Source: Octopus vulgaris (taxonomy: Eukaryota). From it: DNA of 64,000 bases. Position 1 is the first letter of the stretch, and each line of letters opens with the position of its first letter. A model generated the notes under the pieces. It had not been told where the DNA came from. It was given only the letters and a program-made list of their open reading frames with translations, and ran no database searches. The position numbers and the translations under genes are program-made. The DNA is taken from contig OX597825.1 of the NCBI GenBank assembly GCA_951406725.2, positions 16,368,001 to 16,432,000 on the forward strand. Reading direction: 5' to 3'. Below are positions 1-13,981 of this stretch, piece by piece.

Positions 1-73
1 TGCTAGATGTGTTGAAACAATTGTCATGATTTATTATATATTCTCGTAAATACCATCTTCTGTCTTTCATTTG

Positions 74-74
<1 letters not shown>

Positions 75-129
<55 letters not shown>

Positions 130-146
130 ATATGTATGTATGTATG

Positions 147-217
<71 letters not shown>

Positions 218-712
218 CATATATACATACACACACACACACACACACATACACAAACACATACACATATATATGTGTTGGAAGCCGATGATTATAATCA
301 CGGCTAATGTTATCAAACGATTGCCATTAGCAAAATTACTGGGTTTCAAACATTCTCATGACATTGTCATACGCTCAATGTTATCAGCTGGTCATAGCTA
401 TTTGAAAAGCAAAAGGCATCTTCCACTATACATACATACATACATACATACATACATACATACATACATACATACATACATACATACATACATACATACA
501 TACATACATACATACATACATACATAAATACATACATACATACAAACATATATACATACATACATACAAACATACATAAATACATACATATATACATAAA
601 TAAATACATACAAACATATTATATATGAAGACATATCATACATACATACATACATAAATACATACATACATACTATATATATATGTATAAATGTATATTA
701 TATATGAAGATA

Positions 713-788
<76 letters not shown>

Positions 789-840
789 AACCTATCTATG
801 TGTATGTGTGTGAGAGAGAGAGAGAGAAGAGAAAGAGTGA
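75..840. repeat. Compound microsatellites (TA)n,(TATG)n,(CA)n,(TACA)n,(TATC)n,(GA)n
   Basis: Directly visible simple repeats; they explain the YIYI/HTYI ORFs. Confidence 0.97.
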
Positions 841-1370
841 GGCAGGGAATGAGTGACAAAATATAGGTATATTTGGAAAATGCACGAAAATAATAGTTAT
901 TTAATGAAACACACATATTTCATACATTCACAGTAAATTACACCGAGGTACATATATTCCCAAATACATACAGGAATATATACAAACAACACACACACAC
1001 ACTCACATATAGACACGTATGTATATAATGTTCTCAGCGATTTGGCCCTGATTAGGTTATCGCTCTACTTCTTAAAAGGAATAGCCAAGGACAACAACGC
1101 TGAATTAAGCTGTCAAAGACTAAATGAAAGGACAGCAATGGTCGCTGGACATCTACCGCTACCGTGACATTAGTAGAGCGCCATCTTTAATATCATCTCC
1201 GTATACGGTGTCACATTTATGGTAACAAAGCATTAATCAGGGAATTTCTTTTGAGTAGTTTAACCAGTTTCTACACCTATTTTTTGTCTACCTTTTGACC
1301 GTTATCAAACAAATACATTACCAAAAATATTATTTAAAAGTTCAGAGAAGTATTTCTCTTTAAGTTGTCA

Positions 1371-1842
1371 TTCTTCTTCTTCTCCTATTTCTTCTTCTTC
1401 TTCTTCTTCTTTCCGCCTCCTCCTCTCCCCGTCTCCCCTCCTTCCTTCTCCTCAAAGACCATCACCACCACCACCACCTCCTCCTAACACCCTCCCCTCC
1501 CCTCCTCCTCTCCTATCTCTTCTCTTCTGCTTTTTCTCTACTTCATCTTTCCCTTCTTCTTCTTCTTCTTCATCTTCTTCATCCCCTCCTCATCCTCCTC
1601 CATCCCTTTTCTCCCCTTCTTTTTCTTTTCTTCTCCATCTTCCCCTTCTCTTGTTGTTGTTGTTGTTCTTCTTCTTCTACATCTTCTTCATCTTCTTCTT
1701 TTCTCCTCCTCATCCCCTTCCTTTCTTCTCTCTTCCTTGTTAGGATTTCTGCAAAATCTTTCTCCAGCTACTTCAAAACCATTGTTTTCCTGCCATAGCA
1801 ACCGATGATTTTTCCCGAGAACATTTCTGTTCCACCATTTAC

Positions 1843-1873
<31 letters not shown>

Positions 1874-2175
1874 CTTCTTCTTCTTCTTCTTCTTCTTCTT
1901 CTTCTTCTTCTTCTTCTTCTTCTTCTTCTTCTTCTTCTTCTTCTTCTTCTTCTTCTTCTTCTTCTTCTTCTCCTTGTTCTCCTTCTTCTTCTTCTTCTTC
2001 TTCTCCTTGTTCTCCTTCTTCTTCTTCTTCTTCTTCTTCTTCTTCTTCTTCTTCTCCTTCTCCTTCTTCTTCTTCTTCTTCTTCTTCTTCTTCTTCTTCT
2101 TCTTCTTCTTCTTCTTCTTCTTCTTCTTCTTCTTCTTCTTCTTCTTCTTCTTCTTCTTCTTCTTCTTCTTCTTTC
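1371..2175. repeat. Polypyrimidine/(CTT)n tract
   Basis: About 330 bp near-perfect (CTT)n at 1843-2172 plus a degenerate CT-rich tract upstream. Confidence 0.97.
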
Positions 2176-2846
2176 CATTGGTTAGGGGAACTTAATATGA
2201 TTTTGCTAATGAATTGTCGCTTATGAAATTGAAGAAACAAAACACAAAAAAAACAAAACAAATTAAAACTAGCAAAAGACAACAAAACACCACCGTCACA
2301 ACCAACCACAGCCACCACAACCAAAACCACCACCACCACCACCACCACCAAAAAGAAGAAGAAAACAACAACAACAACAACAACAACAGCAATTACCCCT
2401 CCCCACCCCACCCGAAAAATTAGTAACAAAACAAACGCAAAACAAACGCAAAACAAAAGCGATACCGCAGAGAAACAGCAGATAGGCGGCATTATAAAAG
2501 TACTTAAAATTTTATTCTTATCAAATTTAATCGGAATACCGTGAAATAACTTAGTACGAAGAACAAATAAACCCATTAGAATATTCTATATTCTCATTCG
2601 GTATATAGCACTTCATCATCATTTAGAGTTCCATAATCCACTTTTCCTGTGTCCGCTTCAGAATAAAAATGGAAGCAGAGAAAGGAAATTTTTACAGCAT
2701 ATCCCGAAATAAATACTTCACTTTAAAATTTTAGAATCCACTTATTTTCCAATAGAAATATTTCATAATTCATAATTTCAGTCGAATATTAATACATAAT
2801 GCAGCATATGGTTTTATCCTTACGTATAAATACACACACACACACA

Positions 2847-3087
<241 letters not shown>

Positions 3088-3291
3088 TGTAGATGTGATA
3101 TATGTATGCGTGCGTGCGCGTGAACCTGTGTTTATGCGTGTGCATGGCAATGAACGAAATGAGTAGAAACAACGAAGTACTTGACTAGCAAGCACAGCTT
3201 AAGTAATTAATCCAGCGTTATGAGATCGAATTCTTGAATTCCACTTCAGTTGCGATTTTATTTGAATCGTTCCCAATCTCAGTTTCAAATT

Positions 3292-3597
3292 TTGTTTGTT
3301 CCTTCTCGAGCCATGCTTGGCTCGTAAGGGCCGGTTTTCCGGTTTCCTTGAGCGTATAGGTTCCCCACCTGGACGGGGACGCCGGTCCGTCGCAGGTGAA
3401 CTGCAAGACGCAGGAAGAAAGAATGAGAGAAAGTTGTAGCGAAAGAGTCAGCAGAAGTTCGCCCTTACCTTCTGCCGGAGCCACGTGGAGCTTAGGTGTT
3501 TCGCTCATAAACACACACATCGCCCGGTCTGAGATTAGAACCCGCGATCCCTCGACTGCGAGTCCACTGCTCTAACCACTAGGCCATGTGCCTCCAC
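3292..3597 (-). mobile_element. tRNA-derived SINE (group C)
   Basis: Reverse strand has a tRNA-like head (GGAGGCACATGGCCTAGTGGTTAGAGCAG...); homologous to 44117-44387, 46538-46655 and the head of 54237-54620. Confidence 0.88.
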
Positions 3598-3795
3598 AAG
3601 GCCGTCAATTTCGGGGGTGGGGGGAAATAATATGTCGATTATACCGATCCCAATGCGTAACTGGTACTTATTTTATCGACCCCGAAAGGATGAAAGACAA
3701 ACTCGTCCTCGGCGGTATTTGAACTCAGAATGTGAAGTCGGAAGAAATGCCGCCAAGCATTTTGTCCGGCGCGGTAACGATTCAGCCAGCTCGCC
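3597..3795 (-). mobile_element. SINE group B, older-tail variant
   Basis: Shared core TTTCATCCTTTCGGGGTCGATAAAATAAGTACCAG on the minus strand. Confidence 0.85.
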
Positions 3796-3953
3796 AATAT
3801 TGATTAGATTTACGCTCTAATACCATTTTTACTCGAAATTTCCAATATACAAACAGCCACAAGCGTACACACACACGCACACACACATACACACACATAC
3901 ATACACATACACACATAGATGTATATACATAAGATTATATAAAGTTTACATAT

Positions 3954-4221
3954 GCTGCGGGGTCACTCCGAAAAGCTCTATCTGCGACGATTTCATCTCA
4001 ATCGAAGGAGAGGTGCTTTCTCCGTCCGGGTTGCGGATCCGTGGAATAAGCTGCCGGACGAGATAGTGAAGATGCCGACGACCGCTCGGTTCAAAGTCTC
4101 TCTCGACCAGAAATGGCCTGAACTCTTTGCATGAACACCCTCCCTGTACATAACTCCATGTCCCCCTTCGTCGCCTTGCTTTTTGCTTTTTGAGCCAAAA
4201 AATTAACTTAACTTAACTTAG
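3954..4221 (+). mobile_element. CR1-clade LINE 3' end (ORF2 C-terminus, 3'UTR, (TAACT)n tail)
   Basis: LRGHSEKL...RRGAFSVRVADPWNKLP matches the CR1 ORF2 C-terminal RGH..FS.RV...WN.LP motif; short tandem tail. Confidence 0.88.
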
Positions 4222-4275
4222 CTATGTGTGTATGTGTTAGTGCGTGAGTATGCGCGCAAGAGAAAAGAGAGAGAA

Positions 4276-4309
<34 letters not shown>

Positions 4310-4596
4310 CCTGGGATTACTGGGCCAAGATGCTGAATAACAGGCACTGGGATGTAATACATAGAAACCACGTGGAACGCTTTCGTATGCGTGCATACGT
4401 ATGTACGTACGTACAATAAGTACTAATAATTATATATATGCATGTTTCGGACCAGTCAGCTGTAAGTGGAAAACAATGCGAGGAAGCGCATTGTGACTAG
4501 CGATGTGCAACAAGAACCGATAATCAGTCTGCCTGGTCGATACACTGATGCAGTGAGAGTAATACACACACACATATATATGCATACATATATATG

Positions 4597-4682
<86 letters not shown>

Positions 4683-4879
4683 ATATATATATATACCTCT
4701 CGTAATTGCCCTTACTATAATTTTATATTTATAAAATTATATACTTCGTATATATATATATATATATATAAAATACACACACACATATACACACACATAC
4801 ACACACACACACACATATATATATACATATACACTCGCACGCACGCACACACACATACATATATATATATCGTCAACAA

Positions 4880-5250
4880 ATGAGATGCAGAGATTCTCAT
4901 TATAGATAACTCTTAGCAGCCCTATTCCACCTTAAAACTTTTCTGTATCATGATCTGAAATGTAAGATTATTTTCTACACCTGATGACGAAGGCTCAATT
5001 TAGCCAGCGTTTATTTACTTCCGTTACTGGTTGCATATTTTGGTGAACTACATCTACCAACATTATGATAGATCTCCGACCTCCCAGAAACAGCTGTCGG
5101 ACTTCTAACATCTTACTTCCGCTGCTTTAATTTTCTCTGTCGTTTGTACTTTGTAAGTTTGATTTATTAATATATAAATATCTCTGTATTTATACTCAAA
5201 TGTCCATCGTCTTAAAATCTTCAGTCTTTGCTTTTATTTTTGTTTGCACG
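4880..5250 (+). mobile_element. Short Penelope-LTR/retrozyme-like element with hammerhead-like motif
   Basis: CTGATGA (4981) ... GAAA-CAGCTG-TC (5087-5098); palindromic stem III; flanked by TA/CA microsatellites. Confidence 0.55.
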
Positions 5251-5312
5251 TCTACATACACACACAGAATTATATATATACATACATACATATATATATA
5301 TACATACATACA

Positions 5313-5398
<86 letters not shown>

Positions 5399-5547
5399 GA
5401 AACCCAATGTGTGATATTTAATTTGTTTATCCGCTTAGTTGCTTATCTCTCTTTCTCTCTCTGTATATATATATATGTATATATATATATGTATATATAT
5501 ATATACATATATGTATATATATATATCTTTATATATATATATGTATA

Positions 5548-5590
<43 letters not shown>

Positions 5591-5740
5591 TTATATATAT
5601 AATATATATATATGTATGTATGTACATAAATACATAGATATACAGAGAGAGAGAGAGAGAGAGTGAGAGAGAAAGAGAGAGAGAGAAAAGGAGTTTATGC
5701 AAATTAGAAAATAGAATTAGTTTTTGGGTAGGTTGAAAAT

Positions 5741-5791
<51 letters not shown>

Positions 5792-6062
5792 AATAATGAC
5801 CGAAATAATTTATGTTTAACGAAAACAACAAACCACACCTGTAAAAAGGTGGGAATTAAATCCCAGCGAAAATAAATACATGAATACTTAAATAATTAAA
5901 TAGATGAATGAAATATTTTAAGAACGCGTCCAAAGTTCCAAAGATACAACGGGTAATATATCTGATGGCGCATCTACGAGGGAAATGAAAAGGGACAAAG
6001 ATAAAACAACATAGGCAGAAATCAAACAGTGAAATAAATAAACAGAGAAACAAACAAAAAAA

Positions 6063-6093
<31 letters not shown>

Positions 6094-6444
6094 AGAAAGA
6101 AAGAAATGAAGAAAAAATGGAGGAAAACAAGGACCGGATTACAAATAGCAAACAATAAACTATTTCAGCTTTTCTGCTGACTGATTGAAAAATTTGAATC
6201 ACATTTGTGTGCTTGTTGTAGTTGTAGTTGCTGTTGTTGTTGTTGTTGTTATTTGTGTTTTTGTTGTTTTTGTTGTTTTTGTTGTTGTTGTTGTTGTTGT
6301 TGTTTTTGTCGTTCTCGATGTCAGATAAGAATGAAACCAGACAACGTATTATGGAAAATTGGATTAAATACTGACGGGTTCTTGTACTACTGTTCTTCAA
6401 ACAAGAGAAGATACATACATGTATGTATGTGTATATATATTGTA

Positions 6445-6491
<47 letters not shown>

Positions 6492-6632
6492 TATACATAC
6501 ATATATATATATACATACATATACATATATATATATACATATATATATATACATATATATATATATGTATATATGTATACATATATATACATATATATAT
6601 ATATGTATATATATACATATACATATATGTAT

Positions 6633-6679
<47 letters not shown>

Positions 6680-6883
6680 AGCATATAAATGTATGTATAT
6701 GCATATATATATATATAGATATATGTATACATATACATACATTATATATATACACACGCACGCACATTAATATACATATATACATAAACATATATATATA
6801 AATACAAATATACGTATATATATATTATATATATACACACAGACATCACACACACTTATATGCATATGTACAAACATAAATAC

Positions 6884-6947
<64 letters not shown>

Positions 6948-7512
6948 AATACATATATCACGCACATACATATATATTACGTGTATGTGTACGCTTACAC
7001 ATGCACGCATATATCTATGTATTTGCTTGTATGTGCATTAGTGAGTGAGTATACGTGTGCGTGTATGTATGTGTGTGTGTGTGTGTGTATCTGTGTGTGT
7101 ATGTATGTGAAGTCACAAGTACCATCTTTCCTGTAATTAGAAACGCATAAAAGGAACGGCAGCGTTGGAAGACGCGGAAATCGTAAAGTAGTGTATTACG
7201 ATTTTTAATAACAAATGTGGGTTTTGAGTATTTCCTATGTTCTTGAAATAATCAAAGCCAAGTTGAATGTGGCTGTCATGAAAAGTAATTAGAGGTTAAC
7301 AGGCAGTGTTTTCTTGACGATTCCAATCCATCTGGTTCTGAGTTCGAATACAGTAAAGCATATCTTTGACTTCCATCAGTCAGGACTCGATAAGATAAAG
7401 CGATAATCAGTCGATTGATGGCATCGACTGATCCGATTTCTCCCAAGATTGCCGGCCTTGTGCTTATCTTAGAATATTTTTCAGCAAGCAAGAAAGAATG
7501 GTAATATAGCAA

Positions 7513-7788
7513 ACTCTCTCTCTATCCGCTCAGTTGAAGCCGACTCTCGGTCACTCGTTGGATCAGTGTCCTCCAGTCAGTTCTATCCTGGGCCGCTTCC
7601 TTCAGACAGGCCATGTCCATTCCGGTATCCCTCTTGATGGTGTTAAGCCAGCGGGTTCTTGGTCGGCCTCTTCCTCTCTTGCCACTGACCATTCCGAGCA
7701 TGATGTCCTTCTCAATTCCGAGCATAATGTCCATACATAATATGACCGAAATATGCCAATCTACGCTTGGTGATCCCAGCTTCTAGCA
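7513..7788 (-). mobile_element. RTE (BovB-like) LINE 3' fragment
   Basis: LAYFGHIM / EKDIMLGMVSGKRGRGRPRTRWLNTIK...AAQDRTDWR is the typical RTE ORF C-terminus; (GA)n tail. Confidence 0.9.
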
Positions 7789-7937
7789 GTATAAATTTAA
7801 AATAACCTTCTGTAGATATACAGCAGAAAGCCACAGTATGTATGTATGTGTGTGTGGAATCACAAGCATCATCTTTCCTGTAATGAGAAACGCATAAAAG
7901 AAACGGCAGCGAGGTAAAAGGCGGAAATCTTAGAGTA

Positions 7938-8347
7938 CTCTTTACTATCTTTTACTCTTTTACTTGTTTCAGTCATTTGACTGCGGTCATGCTGGAGCAC
8001 CGCCTTTAGTCGAGCAAATCGACCCCGGGACTTATTCTTTTGTAAGCCCAGTACTTATTCTATCAGTCTCTTTTGCCGAACCGCTAGATGACGGGGACGT
8101 AAACACACCAGCATCGGTTGTCAAGCAATACTAGGGAGACAAACAGACACACAAACACATACACATACATATATACATATATACGACAGGCTTCTTTCAG
8201 TTTCCGTCTACCAAATCTACTCACAAGGCATTGGTCGGCGCGGGGCTATAGCAGAAGACACTTGCCCAAGGTGCTACGCAGTGGGTCTGAACCCGGAACC
8301 ATGTGGTTGCTTAGCAAGCTACTTACCACACAGCCACTCCTGCGCCT
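7938..8347 (-). mobile_element. tRNA-derived SINE group A, full length
   Basis: Head GGCGCAGGAGTGGCTGTGTGGTAAG..GGTTCAG, internal CA/TA tract, (GTAAAAGA)n tail; many copies in window. Confidence 0.92.
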
Positions 8348-8654
8348 ACTGTATTACGATTTTTAATAACAAATGTAGGTTTGAGTATTTCTTATGTTCT
8401 TGAAATAATCAAACTATCTGAGAAAGCATCTCGTACAGACGTACAGTGCTAAAAATCACAAACATGTATCAGTCGCGGATGAAAAGCATCTCAAACTAGA
8501 GGTAGAATAGCTAACTTTGAATTTCTGATTTATTGCACGTCATCAGTAGTACGAATCCATTAGGAACCAGAGACCACGTGATTGCAAAAAAGGAACTTTT
8601 GAACCACACAGCCGTGCGTAGTAGATTCATCTGCTTATGTTCATTATACCCTTT

Positions 8655-8845
8655 TTCACTTACTTGTTTCAGTCATTTGACTGCGGCTATGCTGGAGCAC
8701 TGCCTTTAGTCGAGCAAATCGATCCTAGGACTTATACTTTGTAGGCCTAGTACTTATTCTGTCGATATCATAGGCCGAACCGCTAAGTTATGGGGACATA
8801 TACACACTAGCATCGGTTGTCAAGCGATGTTGAGGGAGGCGGGGA

Positions 8846-8895
<50 letters not shown>

Positions 8896-9030
8896 TATAT
8901 AGGAGGGCTTCTTTCAGTTTCCGTCTTCCAAATCAACTCACAAGGCTTTGGTCGGTCCGAGGCTATAGCAGAAGACACTTGCCCTAGGTGCCAAGCAATG
9001 AGACTGAACCTGGAACCATGTGGTTGGTAA
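8655..9030 (-). mobile_element. SINE group A
   Basis: Homologous to 7938-8347. Confidence 0.9.
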
Positions 9031-9283
9031 TACTTCCCACTCAGTTACCCGCGATTCTTTCATATTTCCTATCATCAACATTGTGTTAATCTCTGAAGTT
9101 CCGATCTGACAACTACTCCCAATCTTTTATCGCAAGAACGTTGGTTTTTCTGAAATTTCCTCGCTGTATGCGATTTTCCTCGTTAATGCTTTTTGAGCTA
9201 GTTAGGTAGGCAGAAACTGCTTGGAAGCCCGTCGACTCCAGCATGACCACAACCGCATGACTGAAATACACAAAAGAAATAAA

Positions 9284-9323
<40 letters not shown>

Positions 9324-9531
9324 CTCTCTCTCTCTCTCTCTCTACCTTTCTCTTTCTCTCTCTGTCTATCTATCTACCTTTCTATCTCTCTATCTATCTC
9401 TCTATCTACCGCTCTCTCTCTATCTGCCTTTCTCTCTCTCTCTATGTATGTATGTATGTATGTATGTATGTATGTATGTATATATGTATGTATCTATCTA
9501 TCTATCATACATGCATGCATACATACATACA

Positions 9532-9567
<36 letters not shown>

Positions 9568-10326
9568 TTAACATACATATACATATATTCAACACAGAAC
9601 CACATGTCTATATATACATATATATATGTATATGTACGTATGTATGTGGGGGTTTGTCTTTGTGCTCGCGTTTATCCCTTCGCCATTACCTGACAAACGG
9701 TGTGGGTTTGTCTACCTCCCCCATAACTTACAGGTTCGAGTAAACATCGACGCGAGAAGCCAACCCAGCGAGCCTCCCGAGACTCAGAGAGGCCCGAGAA
9801 GGACACGGCAACAACGCGCCCCTCCACAGCAAAATCAATAAAGTAAAAACACCACCACCACCACCACCACAACGACCACCATCACCACCAACAACAACAA
9901 AGGAATGAAAATAAAAGCAAAAACAAAACAAAGAATCTAAGGGATACATCAGGTAATTTATATGGAAAAAAGTTGCGGCTGGGAAGCATAATTTGATATC
10001 TACTTAAAACGTTTACAATATTGGAATGCGGCCAAATTTTACACTATTAATGTAAAGTACACTATAGTACAAGATTATACTACTCTCTACAAGACTCACA
10101 TTACATTAGCTCCCAACTAACAAAACTGCTACATTATCCCAAGGCTCTCACAAATCAATGCTTTAAACAGAACGTTCTCTGTCTCTGTCTCCCTCTGTCC
10201 CTCTGTCTTCTTCTGTCTCTGTCGCTATATATATATATATATATATATATATGAATGTATAAACATATATATTTACGATCTCGTAATGCTGAGAGAACTT
10301 AGCATTTATATATATATATATATATG

Positions 10327-10747
10327 CTCTTTACTCTCTTTTACTCTTTTACTTGTTTCAGTCATTTGACTGTGGCCATGCTGAGCACCGCCTTTAGTCG
10401 AGCTAATCGATCCCAAGACTTATTCTTTGTAAGCCCAGTACTTATTCTATCGACACTTTTCGCCGAACCACCAAGTTACGGGGACGTAAATACACCAGTA
10501 TCGGTTGTCAAGCGATGTTGAGGGGACAAACACAGACACACAAACACACACACACACACATATATATATTTATATACATATATACGACGGGCTTCTTTCA
10601 GTTTCCGTCTACCAAATCAACTCATCAGGCTTTGGTCGGCCTGATGCTATATCAGAAAACACTTACCCAAGGACCACGCAGTGGGATTGAACACGGAACT
10701 ATGTGATTCGTAAGCAAGCTGCTTACCACACAGCCACTCCTACGTCT
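10327..10747 (-). mobile_element. SINE group A
   Basis: Homologous to 7938-8347. Confidence 0.9.
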
Positions 10748-11507
10748 ATAGTATATATTATCATTACCTTTCTGTAGCAAATCTCTTCCCGTAATTTTGC
10801 GTATTCTATATGCTATTCTCTGACCATTTCGTCTATAAGGGGAACCCAGTAATGGGCAAACTATCAGCTTCTGAAATCACAAAACGGAGGGTTTCTTGAC
10901 GCTAATTTGCATATAATGCCTAACTCATAATAATTCCACACAATGAAAAGGCTAGCAAAATAGCAAAACAAAACAACAAGCATCCGAGTCTATTTTATAT
11001 TTTTCAAGCAAGGTGTAGTCTCGATTTTTATTATTGAAACTGCCAAGAGGAAACACACGAACTGAACAGATAAAATGATAGCTTCTTGCGCGGAGTTAGT
11101 TAGTATTATATTAATAGCACTTCTGATTCACATCTCACTGTTATCTTTCTTAGCAGAGTTCCTATGATAAGGTGAGCAATGACAATCTTCTCACTATCAG
11201 CTTAGAGAGCTCTGAATTTCAGGTTCTGTTGTTGATATCGATCGAGAAAACCCTTTTAATAATTTTAGTTCGCTTTCTGTGCAAATGAATTAGTTATGTG
11301 TTATTAATTCGAGCTGGGTATGATATGCAGTGTGCAACATGTATGTCGTCCCACGCCGAATTCCCCAAACTCTGTTATCCGTCTTTAAATGCATACGTTA
11401 GTTAATCTGCAACAACGGTGTCCACAACAAAGATGGGATTAACTAATCTGCCTTACGTTTAACGTAAAGTAATACTGAAGTGGATACGTCACCAGAGATA
11501 TCAACTG

Positions 11508-11954
11508 GGTCTCTTTTCGGTTTGAACGGCAGTTTTTTAAAAATAATTTCCACGTAACTTAAACACTTTTAAACTTCGTATACCGGTAGAATGTGTTTAT
11601 AAAACATCTTTTTCTCTTGGCTTTATTGAGAAAATTCTATAGTTTGTAAGATATTTGTTGTTTTTTTTTCTTCAATTTCTGCAATTTCAACCAATCAATG
11701 ACGTCTATTGAGGTAAAAAAACATTCTGTGCCGTATGAATATGTCCCTCGTTTAAGAAACAGATTGGGTTTATTTACATTTGTGAATAAAAAAAAAAGAT
11801 ACCCTTCCCCCACCCCTAACCCTAACCTTAACCTTAACTAACCCTAACCCTAAAAGAGATTGACATGCAATAGATCGATACTAGGGTCATCATTATGGGT
11901 GACAATTTCATATGACACCGCTAAAAAAAAACTGCCGTTCAAACCGAAAAGATC
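11508..11954. mobile_element. Merlin-like MITE with internal (CCCTAA)n
   Basis: TIR TCTTTTCGGTTTGAACGGCAGTTT / AAACTGCCGTTCAAACCGAAAAGA; TSD ATCAACTG; second copy at 41729-42151. Confidence 0.8.
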
Positions 11955-13900
11955 ATCAACTGGTAATATATAAGAACGAGTCCGAGTACGGCGATTGTTA
12001 TAATCACTGTAACCCTGCCCCAGATACATGTAGCTTTCTGCCTATTTTACAAACCGACCATGAAGTTGATAGAGGCATAGGAGCGAGCTGGGATGACTAA
12101 GAAAGAGTGGAGGTAGGGGGGGGGGGCACTGGTGTGACTCATTCCAGAGAGGAAATGAACAAAGGGAAAAAAAAGTATCAAAACAAAATTTCAACTAATA
12201 GAGCTCTCCCTCACCAAAGAAAAAAAAAAAAAAAAACGGAACCAAAAAATCAAAAACATTAAATTAGAAAAATAAATTAAAATTTAAATAAACACCAGGA
12301 AACCATTATTTCAAAGAGATAGTGGCGTATGAAGAGAGGAAAGGGGACCGAAAAAAGCTATGGTTCGATATTGAGAACGAGTGATTTTAATTAGTTATGT
12401 GTTGATAACAACTTTATGGCATCGATTGGAATGTTTTCCTTCACTTGTTTAACGGTGCGTTGTTTTCTTTTGTTATTTTTATTGTGTCTTTACAGCCGTT
12501 TTTGCTTTAGCTGTGACATTAGAAACACTTTAGTTTTAGTATTGACGTATACATTAGCGAATATTCTTTGCAACTCGGTTTGATAAAACTTGACCGTTAC
12601 TTCCGACGTTTAGAGAATTAAGCTGCTACTTATAGACATCAGCAATTCCACTGTTTCGTTCTGCATTAAGTTTTTACTTTTATATTTTTCGTGGGGGGTG
12701 GGGGGTGGAATCACGCACATTATTACATTGGCCGATACTGAACGTAATTTCAGATAAACGAATCGAATCGAATCGAGTAAATGACATCGCTTGCTTCAAG
12801 ACAAAAAAAAAAAAAAGAAAAAAAAAGAAAATATAAAAAAAAAAAAATGGAGAACGTCTTTTCAAAAATCTATCAAAATGTCGAAGGAACTGAATTTTTT
12901 TTTTTTTCGTTAGGTTCTTTTTTGGATGTTGATCTTTAATATTATTGGAAATGTCTGTCACAATTTGCATACACATTCATACACACAGAAAAAAGAAAAA
13001 AAACATAAGTAGAAATTTATAAAAAAAGGCAAAAACGAAACAAAAAAAGGACACATTAATGCACATGTATATTCACAACTTGATAGACGTAGGCATATAC
13101 AAATGCAATGCATTTATACACAAAGAAAACTAAAATGGTGAATGAATAGGCTGGCGTGTGCAAACTTTTTCGAGGAGCGGGCCGCATAAGACATGGATTA
13201 TCAACAGGCGGATCGCATTACTAAAACAAAAAAAAAAAAAAACCCTCAAAAATCTAATAAAAAATTCAAGGTAATTTTTCTTTTAAGGAGCCATTTAGAA
13301 AGTCCCGTACGCTGCATGAGGCTGAAGCTTTACCACAAACGTCGGATAAATATCCCTTGGTATTAGTTCAAGGTCTCAACAGCCTTCAAGGGTTTATTTT
13401 TGCTTTTCATAAGTTTCCAGTCCCGTTCTGGGTCCATTTTCCCTGTCTCGTCCTGTTTACATTCTCTTTGGAAAAAACAATCAGCTGTAGTCAGTCTTGG
13501 GGACGGATGGATCGCACTTGGTTTTGATGCTAAAGATATATCATAAGTAATAACAGTGTATTCCTTAAGGATTGAGAGAGAAACTCTCTCTCTCTCTCTC
13601 TCTCTCTGGTCCTTCACTTTCTTTACACAGTCTGTTTTCAACTTTCGCTTTGACTTTCTATCTGTCCCTTTCTTGTGTCCAATCCTACAAGACATTTTCA
13701 TTTTCCTTTGTTTTACGGTGGATTAATTTAAGACTTTAGCTCTTATTTCTAGCAAATTTATAATTCATAGCTATTTAATGCTATTGTGCCTGCGGTCCAC
13801 CTATGTCACTGCTGGTGATATCATCAATTTAAAAATTTATCCACAGATGGCATGAACAGTAGTGACATCCGATTTCAAATCTCAGTGTTTGAATGTTTTG

Positions 13901-13980
<80 letters not shown>

Positions 13981-13981
<1 letters not shown>

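Noticed and set aside
1768-2576. Poly-E/R/L/F ORFs
   Set aside because: (CTT)n repeat artefact
6325-6410. KPDNVL kinase-like motif
   Set aside because: No surrounding HRD/DFG context or donor site; probably chance
8498-8552. CTGATGA..GAAA on the minus strand; similar loose matches at 335-392, 4440-4560, 46738-46772 and 56076-56115
   Set aside because: Stem I and/or II do not pair convincingly, or the core is doubly mutated or absent
11805-11852. Telomere or chromosome-fusion site
   Set aside because: The hexamers are an internal part of a MITE present twice in the window
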